From the NCBI GenBank assembly GCA_002189035.1, contig NEEC01000184.1:1-29316 (forward strand): a stretch of DNA of 29,316 nucleotides. The letters are read 5' to 3'. The translations under genes were made by a program, and so were the position numbers. The notes under the pieces are model-generated. The model saw only the letters and a program-made list of their open reading frames with translations, was not told the DNA's origin and made no database searches. The stretch is from Utricularia gibba. Its lineage: Eukaryota > Plantae > Magnoliophyta. Of this stretch, positions 13,031 to 26,000 are shown piece after piece (position 1 is the first letter of the stretch; each line of letters begins with the position of its first letter).

Positions 13031-14400
13031 AGGACACACCATGGCATCTTAAATGATCATCTCGAAATGAAATTTCACATCGTCCATGAAATACATATGT
13101 CATGTTCACATTCGCATCGAGTCAGGTGTCCCGAGTCACATTTTCGCGAACGTGGTGGCCACTTCGTTGCACATCTGAAGGCTAATATAAGGCAATCTTT
13201 CGAGCATTTGTGCCTCCTCGGACGAACAAGTTCTCAACACGAAAGAAGACCGGCTCGGAACGAGCTTCGAAACGGTATGATATGTGCAACATGAGTATCC
13301 ACTCGATACCGAAGAGTGCACGAGGCCACCATGAGGTTGTGGCTAGGGACACGGCATCTTAAATGATCATCTCGAAATTTTCACATCGTCGAAATACATA
13401 TGTGCATGTCACATTCGCATCGAGTCAGGTGTCCCGAGTCACATTCGCGAACGTGGTGGCCACTTCGTTGCACATCTGAAGGCTAATATAAGGCAATCTT
13501 TCGAGCATTTGTGCCTCCTCGGACGAACAAGTTCTCAACACGAAAGAAGACCGGCTCGGAACGAGCTTCGAAACGGTATGATATGTGCAACATGACTCAT
13601 CACCGTTTGCAAGATATCCACTCGATACCGAAGAGTGCACGAGGCCACCATGAGGTTGTGGCTAGGGACACACCCATGGCATCTTAAATGATCATCTCGA
13701 AATCCAAATTTCACATCGTCCATGAAATACATATGTCTTGCATGTCAAAAATCACATTCGCATCGAGTCAGGTGTCCCGAGTCACATTTTCGCGAACGTG
13801 GTGGCCACTTCGTTGCACATCTGAAGGCTAATATAAGGCAATCTTTCGAGCATTTGTGCCTCCTCGGACGAACAAGTTCTCAACACGAAAGAAGACCGGC
13901 TCGGAACGAGCTTCGAAACGGTATGATGTGCAACATGACTCATCACCGGCAAGATATCCACTCGATACCGAAGAGTGCACGAGGCCACCATGAGGTTGTG
14001 GCTACACACCCATGGCATCTTAAATGATCATCTCGAAATCAAAATTTCACATCGTCCATGAAATACATATGTCTTGCATGTCAAAAATCACATTCGCATC
14101 GAGTCAGGTGTCGAGTCACATGCGAACGTGGTGGCCACTTCGTTGCACATCTGAAGGCTAATATAAGGCAATCTTTCGAGCATTTGTGCCTCCTCGGACG
14201 AACAAGTTCTCAACACGAAAGAAGACCGGCTCGGAACGAGCTTCGAAACGGTATGATATGTGCAACATGACTCATCACCGTTTGCAAGATATCCACTCGA
14301 TACCGAAGAGTGCACGAGGCCACCATGAGGTTGTGGCTAGGGACACACCATGGCATCTTAAATGATCATCTCGAAATCCGAAAATTTCACATCGTCCAAA
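13031..14400 (+). repeat. About four in-register L-type monomers with several multi-base deletions
   Basis: Normal monomer order with TATGTCTTGC at ~13731 and ~14067. Deletions at about 13295, 13350 and 14110. Confidence 0.85.
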
Positions 14401-17400
14401 ATACACATGTTTTGCATGTCACGAACAAGTTCTCAACATCGGAACGAGCTCGCATCGAGTTTGCAAGGTGTGCACCCACCATGAGGTCACATTTTCAATC
14501 GAAGTGGTGGCCAATTCGTTGCACATCTGAAGGCTAATATAAGGCAATCTTTCGAGCATTTGTGCCTCCTCGGACGAACAAGTTCTCAACACGAAAGAAG
14601 ACGGCTCGGAACGAGCTTCGAAACGGTATGCTATGTGCAACATGACTCATCACCATTTGCAAGATATCCACTCGATACCGAAGAGTGCACGAGGCCACCA
14701 TGAGGTTGTGGCTAGGGACACACCCATGGCATCTTAAATGATCATCTCGAAATCCGAAATTTCACATCGTCCATGAAATACATATGATGCACAATCCAAA
14801 ATACAATCGAGTCAGGCATGTCAGTCACATTTTCGCGAGTGTGGCTCGTTGCACATCGAAGGCATGTCAATCACATTCGCAAGGCAATCTTTTCGAGAAG
14901 GCTAATATAAGGCAATCTTTCGAGCATTTGTGCCTCCTTCGGACGAACAAGTTCTCAACATGACGCAAGAGAAGACCGGCTCTAGGAACGAGCTTCGAAA
15001 CGGTATGATATGTGCAACACATGACGTCATCACATCGAAGGCTAATTGCAAGATATCCACTCGATACCGAACATGAGTGCACGAGGCCACCATGAGGTTG
15101 TGGCTAGGGACACACCCATGGAAGGAAATGATCATCTCGAAATGAAATTTCACATCGTCAAGATGAAATACATATGTTCATGATCAAAAATCACATTTCT
15201 ACATGTCTTAGGTGTCCCGAGTCACATTTTCCAACGTGGTGGCCACTTCGTTGCACATCTGAAGGCTAATATAAGGCAATCTTTCGAGCATTTGTGCCTC
15301 CTCGGACGAACAAGTTCTCAACACGAAAGAAGACCGGCGAGCAACGAGCTTCTTCGCATGCGTGAAGATGTGGCCAAGTAATCTGATACAATCGAGCATC
15401 CTCCTCGGACGAACAAGTTCTCAACACGAAAGAAGACCGGCTCGGAACGAGCTTCGAAACGGTATGCCAACATGACTCATGAGGTTGTCTAGGGACACAC
15501 CATGGCATCTTAAATGATCATCTCGAAATCCGATGAAATACATCACTCGATCCCGAAGAAATACATCGTCAGATGAAATACATTTCGAGTCAAGGTGTGG
15601 CCATTCGTCATCTCGAGTGAAGTGTTGGTCACAATTTTCGCGAAACACATCTGAAGGCTAATATAAGGCAATCTTTCGAGCATTTGTGCCTCCTCGGACG
15701 AACAAGTTCTCAACACGAAAGAAGAAACGAGCGAAACGCAACATGACGTCAACGATACCGCTCGACACACGGCATCTTAAATGATCATGTGCCCATGACT
15801 ATCGCCGTTTGCAAGAATCCACAATCGATTTGTGCCTCCTCGGACGAACAAGTTCTCAACACGAAAGTCGGAACGAGCTTCGAAACGGTATGCCAACATG
15901 ACTCATGAGGTTGTCTACACACCATGGCATGATCATCTCGAAGAAATGACATCGTCCAAAGAAAAGTAGGGAGCATGACTACATTCTTTCAACATGTCAG
16001 GAGATTTCATTCGAGTGAAACGTGGCATTCCAACAAAACACATCTGAAGGCTAATATAAGGCAATCTTTCGAGCATTTGTGCTCCTCGGACGAACAAGTT
16101 CTCAACACGTCGGAACGAGCTTCGAAACATCCGGCACGACCCATCTAGTTGCAAGAAGATCTATCGACCAATTGCAACATCTGAAGGCCAATCATGATTG
16201 ACGAACAAGGCTCAACACGAAGGATTGTCGGAACGAGTCCCGAAACGTCCATGAAATGTGCACATCATGTCTCATCACTTCGTTATCCACTCGAAGGATT
16301 GCACGAGGCCACCATGAGGTTGTGGCTAGGGGCACACACCCGGCATTTAAATGATCATCCGAACAAAACTTCGTCACATCTGAAGGCTAATATAAGGCAA
16401 TCTTTCGAGCATTTGTGCCTCCTCGGACGAACAAGTTCTCAACACGAAAGAAACGAGCTTCGAAACGGTATGCTGTGTGCAACACTGATTCATCGAGTCA
16501 GGTGTCCCCACTCATTTCCCGAACGAGTGGTGGCCACTTCGTTGCACATCTGAAGGCTAATATAAGGCAATCTTTCGAGCATTTGTGCCTCCTCGGACGA
16601 ACAAGTTCTCAACACGAAAGAAGACCGGCTCGGAACGAGCTTCGAAACGGTATGCTATGTGCAACATGACTCATCACCATCTTGTGATCTATCATCGATC
16701 ATCTCGAAATCCGAAGCACATCGTCCCAACATAAATACATGCTAGGGCATGTCAAAAATCACATTCGCATCGAGTCAGGTGTCCCGAGTCACATTTTCGC
16801 GAAATACATATGTCTTGCATGTGGCCACTTCGTTGCACATCTGAAGGCTAATATAAGGCAATCTTTCGAGCATTTGTGCCTCCTCGGACGAACAAGTTCT
16901 CAACACGAAAGAAGACCGGCTCGGAACGAGCTTCGAAACGGTATGCTATGTGCAACATGACTCATCACCGTTTGCAAGATATCCACTCGATACCGAAGAG
17001 TGCACGAGGCCACCATGAGGTTGTGGCTAGGGACACACCCATGGCATCTTAAATGATCATCTCGAAATCCGAAATTTCACATCGTCCATGAAATACATAT
17101 GTTTGCATGTCAAAAATCACATTCGCATCGAGTCAGGTGTCCGAGTCACATTTTCGCGAACGTGGTGGCCACTTCGTTGCACATCTGAAGGCTAATATAA
17201 GGCAATCTTTCGAGCATAGGTTCGACAACAAGCATCTCCACAACGATTGCTCTATGGCAAAATGATCGAGAAATGTCCATGAAATACATATGTCATGTGC
17301 ATCCAAACAAAACACATATGCAATCTTGAGCATATGTCCCGAGGCGAGAGGTTGTGAGCTAGGGACACACCATGGCATCTTAAATGATCATCTCGAAATC

Positions 17401-19200
17401 CGAAATTTCATCGTGAAGTGCATGTCCACATTCGTCGAGTCAGCAACATCTGAAGCTAATATAAGGCAATCTTTCGAGCATTTGTGCCTCCTCGGACGAA
17501 CAAGTTCTCAACACGAAAGAAGACCGGCTCGGAACGAGCTTCGAAACGGTATGATATGTGCAACATGACTCATCACCATTTGCAAGATGCATCCACTCGA
17601 TACCGAAGAGTCACTCGGCATCGAGTCAGGTGTCAGTCACATTTTCGAGTGCCACTTCGTTGCACATCTGAAGGCTATATAAGGCAATCTTTCGAGCATT
17701 TGTGCCTCCTCGGACGAACAAGTTCTCAACACGAAAGAAGACCGGCTCGGAACGAGCTTCGAAACGGTATGGCATGACTCATCAAAGATGATCAAGAATC
17801 ACATCGATCAATGAAATTTCACATCGTCCATGAAATACATATGTCATGTCAAAAATCACATTCGCATCGAGTCAGGTGTCCCGAGTCACATTTTCGCGAA
17901 CGTGGTGGCCACTTCGTTGCACATCTGAAGGCTAATATAAGGCAATCTTTCGAGCATTTGTGCCTCCTCGGAGTTCTCAACATTTTCAACATGACGAACG
18001 ATAGACCGAGCCACTCTAGGGACACACCGATTGATCATCAAATCCGGTATGAGTGCAAATCATAAGTCATGTCAACATTTTCGCGAACGTGGTGGCCACT
18101 TCGTTGCACATCTGAAGGCTAATATAAGGCAATCTTTCGAGCATTTGTGCCTCCTCGGACGAACAAGTTCTCAACACGAAAGAAGACCGGCTCGGAACGA
18201 GCTTCGAAACGGTATGATATGTGCAACATGACTCATCACCGAAGGATTGTGGTCTAGGGTATGATCATCCCATGGCATATGTCTTACTCATTCGCATCCT
18301 GTTGCAAATTTCACATCCTCTCGATACGAACAAGTTCTCAACACGAAAGTATGAGGCCACCATGCAGGTTGTGGCACACACCATGGCATCGATCATCGAG
18401 AGGTCACATCGAGTCACAAATTTCGCGAACATATGTTTTGTGTCAATCACATAATATCAATGAGTCAGAGTGTTGAGTGTGCCATTCTTCGGAACGTGGT
18501 TCTCAACACTTCGAAAGACATCTGAAGGCTAATATAAGGCAATCTTTCGAGCATTTGTGCCTCCTCGGACGAACAAGTTCTCAACACGAAAGAAGACCGG
18601 CTCGGAACGAGCTTCGAAACGGTATGCAACATGATGTTTGCAACCATCGATACTGCATCAGGGACACGTCTTGATCAAGATAAATACATATGTCTCGATA
18701 CAAAGAGTGCACAGGCCATCGAGTGAGGTGTGGCGGGACACATTTTGGAACATCTTTCGATCATCTCGCCGAAATTTCATCGTCCATGAAGGCTAATCAC
18801 ATAAGGGTGTCAATCTTTCGATTTTCGCGCCTCCTCGACGAACAAGTTCTCAACACGAAAGAAGACCGGCTCGGATCGAGCACGATGAAGGCTAATGTAA
18901 GGCATGACGATCATTTTGCAAGATATCGAACAAATACCTCAACACGTGCACGAAAAAGACCGGCTCGGAACGTTGCTTCGAAACGGTATGCACACCCATG
19001 CAACATCTTCATGATTTGCAAGATATCCACTCGATACCGAAGAGTGCACGAGGCCACCATGAGGTTGTGGCTAGGGACACACCATGGCATCTTAAATGAT
19101 CATCTCGAAATCCGAAATCACATCGTCCATGAAATACATATGATGTCAAAAATCACATTCGCATCGAGTCAGGTCCGAAATTTCACATCGTCCATCTGAA
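14401..19200 (+). other. Scrambled or degenerate satellite zone with islands of intact monomer
   Basis: The 345-bp period breaks down: spacing of the CATCTGAAGGCTAA core ranges from ~170 to ~410 bp. Filler sequence is short same-strand monomer fragments. Intact islands remain at about 14520-14790, 16820-17215 and 17850-17970. Confidence 0.85.
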
Positions 19201-22200
19201 GGCTAATATAAGGCATCTTTCGAGCATTTGTGCCTCCTCGGACGAACAAGTTCTCAACACGAAAGAAGACGGCTCGGAACGAGCTTCGAAACGGTATGAT
19301 ATGTGCAACATGACTCATCACATATCCACTCGATACCGATGCACGAGGCCACCATCTAGGGACACACCGATGGCATCTTAAATGATCATCTCGAAATCCG
19401 AAATTTCACATCGTCACATGAAATACATATGTTTTGCATGTCAAAAATCACATTCGCATCGAGTCAGGTGTCCCGAGTCACATTTTCGCGAACGTGGTGG
19501 CCACTTCGTTGCACATCTGAAGGCTAATATAAGGCAATCTTTCGAGCATTTGTGCCTCCTCGGACGAACAAGTTCTCAACACGAAAAAAAAGACCGGCTC
19601 GGAACGAGCTTCGAAACGGTATGCTCAACATGACTCATCACCATTTGCAAGATATCCACTCGATACCGAAGAGTGCACGAGGCCACCATGAGGTTGTGGC
19701 TAGGACACACCATGGCATCTTAAATGATCATCTCGAAATCCGAAATTTCACATCGTCCATGAAATACATATGATGTCAAAAATCACATTCGCATCGAGTC
19801 AGGTGTCCCGAGTCACATTTTCGCGAACGTGGTGGCCACTTCGTTGCACATCTGAAGGCTACAATCTTTCGATTTGTGCCTCCTCGGACGAACAAGTTCT
19901 CAACACGAAAGAAGACCGGCTCGGAACGAGCTTCGAAACGGTATGATATGTGCAACATGACTCATCACCATTTGCAAGATATCCACTCGATACCGAAGAG
20001 TGCACGAGGCCACCATGAGGTTTGTGGCTAGCACACCATGGCATCTTAAATGATCATCTCGAAATCCGAAATTTCACATCGTCCATGAAATACATATGTT
20101 TTGCATGTCAAAAATCACATTCGCATCGAGTCAGGTGTCCGAGTCACATTTTCGCGAACGTGGTGGCCACTTCGTTGCACATCTGAAGGCTAATATAAGG
20201 CAATCTTTCGAGCATTTGTGCCTCCTCGGACGAACAAGTTCTCAACACGAAAAAAGACCGGCTCGGAACGAGCTTCGAAACGGTATGCTATGTGCAACAT
20301 GACTCATCACCATTTGCAAGATATCCACTCGATACCGAAGAGTGCGAGGCCACCATGAGGTTGTGGCTAGCACACCGATGGCATCTTAAATGATCATCTC
20401 GAAATCCGAAATTTCACATCGTCCATGAAATACATATGTTTTGCATGTCAAAAATCACATTCGCATCGAGTCAGGTGTCCCGAGTGCGAACGTGGTGGCC
20501 ACTTCGTTGCACATCTGAAGGCTAATATAAGGCAATCTTTCGAGCATTTGTGCCTCCTCGGACGAACAAGTTCTCAACACGAAAAAAGACCGAACGAGCT
20601 TCGAAAACGGTATGATATGTGCAACATGACTCATCACCATTTGCAAGATATCCACTCGATACCGAAGAGTGCACGAGGCCACCATGAGGTTGTGGCGCCA
20701 CACACCGATGGCATCTTAAATGATCTCTCGAAATCCGAAATTTCACATCGTCCATGAAATACATATGTTTTGCATGTCAAAAATCACATTCGCATCGAGT
20801 CAGGTGTCCCGAGTCACATTTTCGCGAACGTGGTGGCCAACATCTGAAGGCTAATATAAGGCAATCTTTCGAGCATTTGTGCCTCCTCGACGAACAAGTT
20901 CTCAACACGAAAGAAGACGGCTCGGAACGAGCTTCGAAACGGTATGATATGTGCAACATGACTCATCACCGTTTGCAAGATATCCACTCGATACCGAAGA
21001 GTGCACGAGGCCACCATGAGGTTGTGGCTAGGGACACACCATGGCACTTAAATGATCATCTCGGAAATTTCACATCGTCACATGAAATGATGTCATCACA
21101 TTCGCATCGAGTCAGGTGTCCCGAGTCACATTTTCAACGTGGTGGCCACTTCGTTGCACATGAAGGCTAATATAAGGCAATCTTTCGAGCATTTGTGCCT
21201 CCTCGGACATTCTCAACACGAAAAAAGACCGGCTCAACGAGCTTCGAAACGGTATGTGTGCAACATGACTCATCACCATTGTAAGATATCCACTCGATAC
21301 CGAAGAGTGCACGAGGCCACCATGAGGTTGTGGCTAGCCACACACCGATGGCATCTTAAATGATCATCTCGAAATCCGAAATTTCACATCGTCCATGAAA
21401 TACATATGTTTTGCATGTCAAAAATCACATTCGCATCGAGTCAGGTGTCCCGAGTCACATTTTCGCGAACGTGGTGGCACTTCGTTGCACATCTGAAGGC
21501 TAATATAAGGCAATCTTTCGAGCATTTGTGCCTCCTCGGACGAACAAGTTCTCAACACGAAAAAAAGACCGGCTCGGAACGAGCTTCGAAACGGTATGCT
21601 ATGTGCAACATGACTCATCACCATTTGTAAGATATCCACTCGATACCGAAGAGTGCACGAGGCCACCATGAGGTTGTGGCTAGGACACACCGATGGCATC
21701 TTAAATGATCATCTCGAAATCCGAAATTTCACATCGTCCATGAAATACATATGTTTTGCATGTCAAAAATCACATTCGCATCAGTCAGGTGTCCGAGTCA
21801 CATTTTCGCGAACGTGTGGTGGCCACTTCGTTGCACATCTGAAGGCTAATATAAGGCAATCTTTCGAGCATTTGTGCCTCCTCGGACGAACAAGTTCTCA
21901 ACATCGGAACGAGCTTCGAAACGGTATGCTATGTGCAACATGACTCAAAAGATATCCACTCGATACCGAAGAGTGCACGAGGCCATCTAGGGACACACCA
22001 TGGCATCTTAAATGATCATCTCGAAATCCGAAATTTCACATCGATGAAATACATATGTTTTGCATGTCAAAAATCACATTCGCATCGAAGGTGTCCGAGT
22101 CACATTTTCGCGAACGTGGTGGCCACTTCGTTGCACATCTGAAGGCTAATATAAGGCAATCTTTCGAGCATTTGTGCCTCCTCGGACGAACAAGTTCTCA

Positions 22201-22772
22201 ACACGAAAGAAGACGGCTCGGAACGAGCTTCGAAACGGTATGATATGTGCAACATGACTCATCACCGTTTGCAAGATATCCACTCGATACCGAAGAGTGC
22301 ACGAGGCCACCATGAGGTTGTGGCTAGGGACACACCATGGCATCTTAAATGATCATCTCGAAATCCGAAATTTCACATCGTCACATGAAATACATATGTT
22401 TTGCATGTCAAAAATCACATTCGCATCGAGTCAGGTGTCCCGAGTCACATTTTCGCGAACGTGGTGGCCACTTCGTTGCACATCTGAAGGCTAATATAAG
22501 GCAATCTTTCGAGCATTTGTGCCTCCTCGGACGAACAAGTTCTCAACACGAAAAAGACCGGCTCGGAACGAGCTCGAAACGGTATGCTATGTGCAACATG
22601 ACTCATCACCATTTGTAAGATATCCACTCGATACCGAAGAGTGCACGAGGCCACCATGAGGTTGTGGCAGCCACACACCGATGGCATCTTAAATGATCAT
22701 CTCGAAATCCGAAATTTCACATCGTCCATGTACATATGTTTTGCATGTCAAAAATCACATTCGCATCGAGTC

Positions 22773-23004
22773 AGGTGTCCCGAGTCACATTTTCGCGAAC
22801 GTGGTGGCCACTTCGTTGCACATCTGAAGGCTAATATAAGGCAATCTTTCGAGCATTTGTGCCTCCTCGGACGAACAAGTTCTCAACACGAAAGGTGTCC
22901 GAGTCACATTTTTCGAACGTGGTGGCCACTTCGTTGCACATCTGAAGGCTAATATAAGGCAATCTTTCGAGCATTTGTGCGGACGAACAAGTTTCAACAC
23001 GAAA
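22773..23004 (+). repeat. Intra-monomer tandem duplication of ~120 bp
   Basis: After ...CTCAACACGAAA (22893) the sequence jumps back to GGTGTCCGAGTCACATTT and re-reads AGGTGTCC...ACACGAAA. The junction has a shared AG. Confidence 0.85.
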
Positions 23005-26000
23005 AAAGACCGGCTCGGAACGAGCTTCGAAATGGTATGCTATGTGCAACATGACTCATCACCATTTGCAAGATATCCACTCGATACCGAAGAGTGCACG
23101 AGGCCACCATGAGGTTGTGGCTAGACACACCCGATGGCATCTTAAATGATCATCTCGAAATCCGAAATTTTCACATCGTCCATGAAATACATATGTTTTG
23201 CATGTCAAAAATCACATTCGCATCGAGTCAGGTGTCCGAGTCACATTTTCGCGAACGTGGTGGCCACTTCGTTGCACATCTGAAGGCTAATATAAAGGCA
23301 ATCTTTCGAGCACCTCCTCGGACGAACAAGTTCTCAACACGAAAGAAGACGGCTCGGAACGAGCTTCGAAACGGTATGATATGTGCAACATGATCATCAC
23401 CGTTTGAAAGATATCCACTCGATACCGAAGAGTGCACGAGGCCACCATGAGGTGGCTAGGACACACCATGGCATCTTAAATGATCATCTCGAAATCCGAA
23501 ATTTCATGATGAAATACATATGTTTTGCATGTCAAAAATCACATTCGCATCGAGTCAGGTGTCCGAGTCACATTTTCGCGAGTGGTGGCCACTTCGTTGC
23601 ACATCTGAAGGCTAATATAAGGCAATCTTTCGAGCATTTGTGCCTCCTCGGACGAACAAGTTCTCAACACGAAAAAAGACCGGCTCGGAACCACTATGCG
23701 TGCAACATGACTCATCACCATTTGCAAGATATCCACTCGATACCGAAGAGTGCACGAGGCCACCATGAGGTTGTGGCTAGCCACACACCGATGGCATCTT
23801 AAATGATCATCTCGAAATCCGAAATTTCACATCGTCCATGAAATACATATGATGTCAAAAATCACATTCGCATCGAGTCAGGTGTCCGAGTCACATTTTC
23901 GCGAACGTGGTGGCCACTTCGTTGCACATCTGAAGGCTAATATAAGGCAATCTTTCGAGCATTTGTGCCTCCTCGGACGAACAAGTTCTCAACACGAAAG
24001 AAGACGGCTCGGAACGAGCTTCGAAACGGTATGATATGTGCGAGTTTGCAAGATATCCACTCGATACCGAAGAGTGCACGAGGCCACCATGAGGTTGTGG
24101 CTAGGACACACCGATGGCATCTTAAATGATCATCTCGAAATCAAATTTCACATCGTCCATGAAATACATATGTTTTGCATGTCAAAAATCACATTCGCAT
24201 CGAGTCAGGTGTCCCGAGTCACATTTTCGCGAACGTGTGGCCACTTCGTTGCACATCTGAAGGCTAATATAAGGCAATCTTTCGAGCATTTGTGCCTCCT
24301 CGACGAACAAGTGAAAAGAAGACGGCTCGGAACGAGCTTCGAAAATGGTATGTGTGCAACATGACTCATGTTTCAAGATATCCACTCGATACCGAAGAGT
24401 GCACGAGGCCACCATGAGGTTGTGGCTAGGACACACCGATGGCATCTTAAATGATCATCTCGAAATCCGAAATTTCACATCGTCCCATGAAATACATATG
24501 TTTTGCATGTCAAAAATCACATTCGCATCGAGTCAGGTGTCCGAGTCACATTTTCGAACGTGGTGGCCACTTCGTTGCATCTGAAGGCTAATATAAGGCA
24601 ATCTTTCGAGCATTTGTGCCTCCTCGGAAACAAGTTCTCAACACGAAAGAAGACCGGCTCGGAACGAGCTTCGAAACGTTGATATGTGCAACATGACTCA
24701 TCACCGTTTGCACATCGATACCGAAGAGTGCACGAGGCCACCATGAGGTTGTGGCTAGCCACACACCGATGGCATCTTAAATGATCATCTCGAAATCCGA
24801 AATTTCACATCGTCCATGAAATACATATGTTTTGCATGTCAAAAATCACATTCGCATCGAGTCAGGTGTCCCGAGTCACATTTTCGCGAACGTGGTGGCC
24901 AACATCTGAAGGCTAATATAAGGCAATCTTTCGAGCATTTGTGCACGAACAAGTTCTCAACACGAAAAAAGACCGGCTCGGAACGAGCTTCGAAATATGC
25001 TTTGTGCAACATGACTCATCACCATTTGTAAGATATCCACTCGATACCGAAGAGTGCACGAGGCCACCATGAGGTTGTGGCTAGCCACACACCGATGGCA
25101 TCTTAAATGATCATCTCGAAATCCGAAATTTCACATCGTCATGAAATACATATGTTTTGCATGTCAAAAATCACATTCGCATCGAGTCAGGTGTCCGAAC
25201 ATTTTTCGCGAACGTGGTGGCCACTTCGTTGCACATCTGAAGGCTAATATAAGGCAATCTTTCGAGCATTTGTGCCTCCTCGGACGAACAAGTTCTCAAC
25301 ACGAAAGAAGACGGCTCGGAACGAGCTTCGAAACGGTATGATATGTGCAACATGACTCATCACCGTTTGCAAGATCCACTCGATACCGAAGAGTGCACGA
25401 GGCCACCATGAGGTTGTGGCATCATCTTAAATGATCATCTCGAAATCCGAAATTTCACATCGTCCATGAAATACATATGTTTTGCATGTCAAAAATCACA
25501 TTCGCATCGAGTCAGGTGTCCCGAGTCACATTTTCGCGAACGTGGTGGCCACTTCGTTGCACATCTGAAGGCTAATATAAGGCAATCTTTCGAGCATTTG
25601 TGCCTCCTCGGACGAACAAGTTCTCAACACGAAAGAAGACGAACGAGCTTCGAAACGGTATGCTATGTGCAACATGACTCATCACCATTTGCAAGATATC
25701 CACTCGATACCGAAGAGTGCACGAGGCCACCATGAGGTTGTGGCGCCACACACCGATGGCATCTTAAATGATCTCTCGAAATCCGAAATTTCACATCGTC
25801 CATGAAATACATATGTTTTGCATGTCAAAAATCACATTCGCATCGAGTCAGGTGTCCCGAACATTTTCGCGAACGTGGTGGCCACTTCGTTGCACATCTG
25901 AAGGCTAATATAAGGCAATCTTTCGAGCATTTGTGCCTCCTCGGACGAACAAGTTCTCAACACGAAAAAAAGACCGGCTCGGAACGAGCTTCGAAACGGT

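Noticed and set aside
18690-19199. Longest ORF (169 aa)
   Set aside because: It lies in the scrambled zone and is a chimera of repeat-derived peptide fragments from different frames.
14401-19200. CRISPR-like array (constant core with variable intervening sequence)
   Set aside because: The intervening pieces derive from the same monomer rather than unique spacers, their lengths vary widely, the core is too long for a CRISPR repeat, and there are no cas genes.
12864-19200. Transposon or other foreign insertion interrupting the array
   Set aside because: I found no LTR, TIR, target-site duplication, poly-A tail or coding remnant. The sequence traces back to the monomer.
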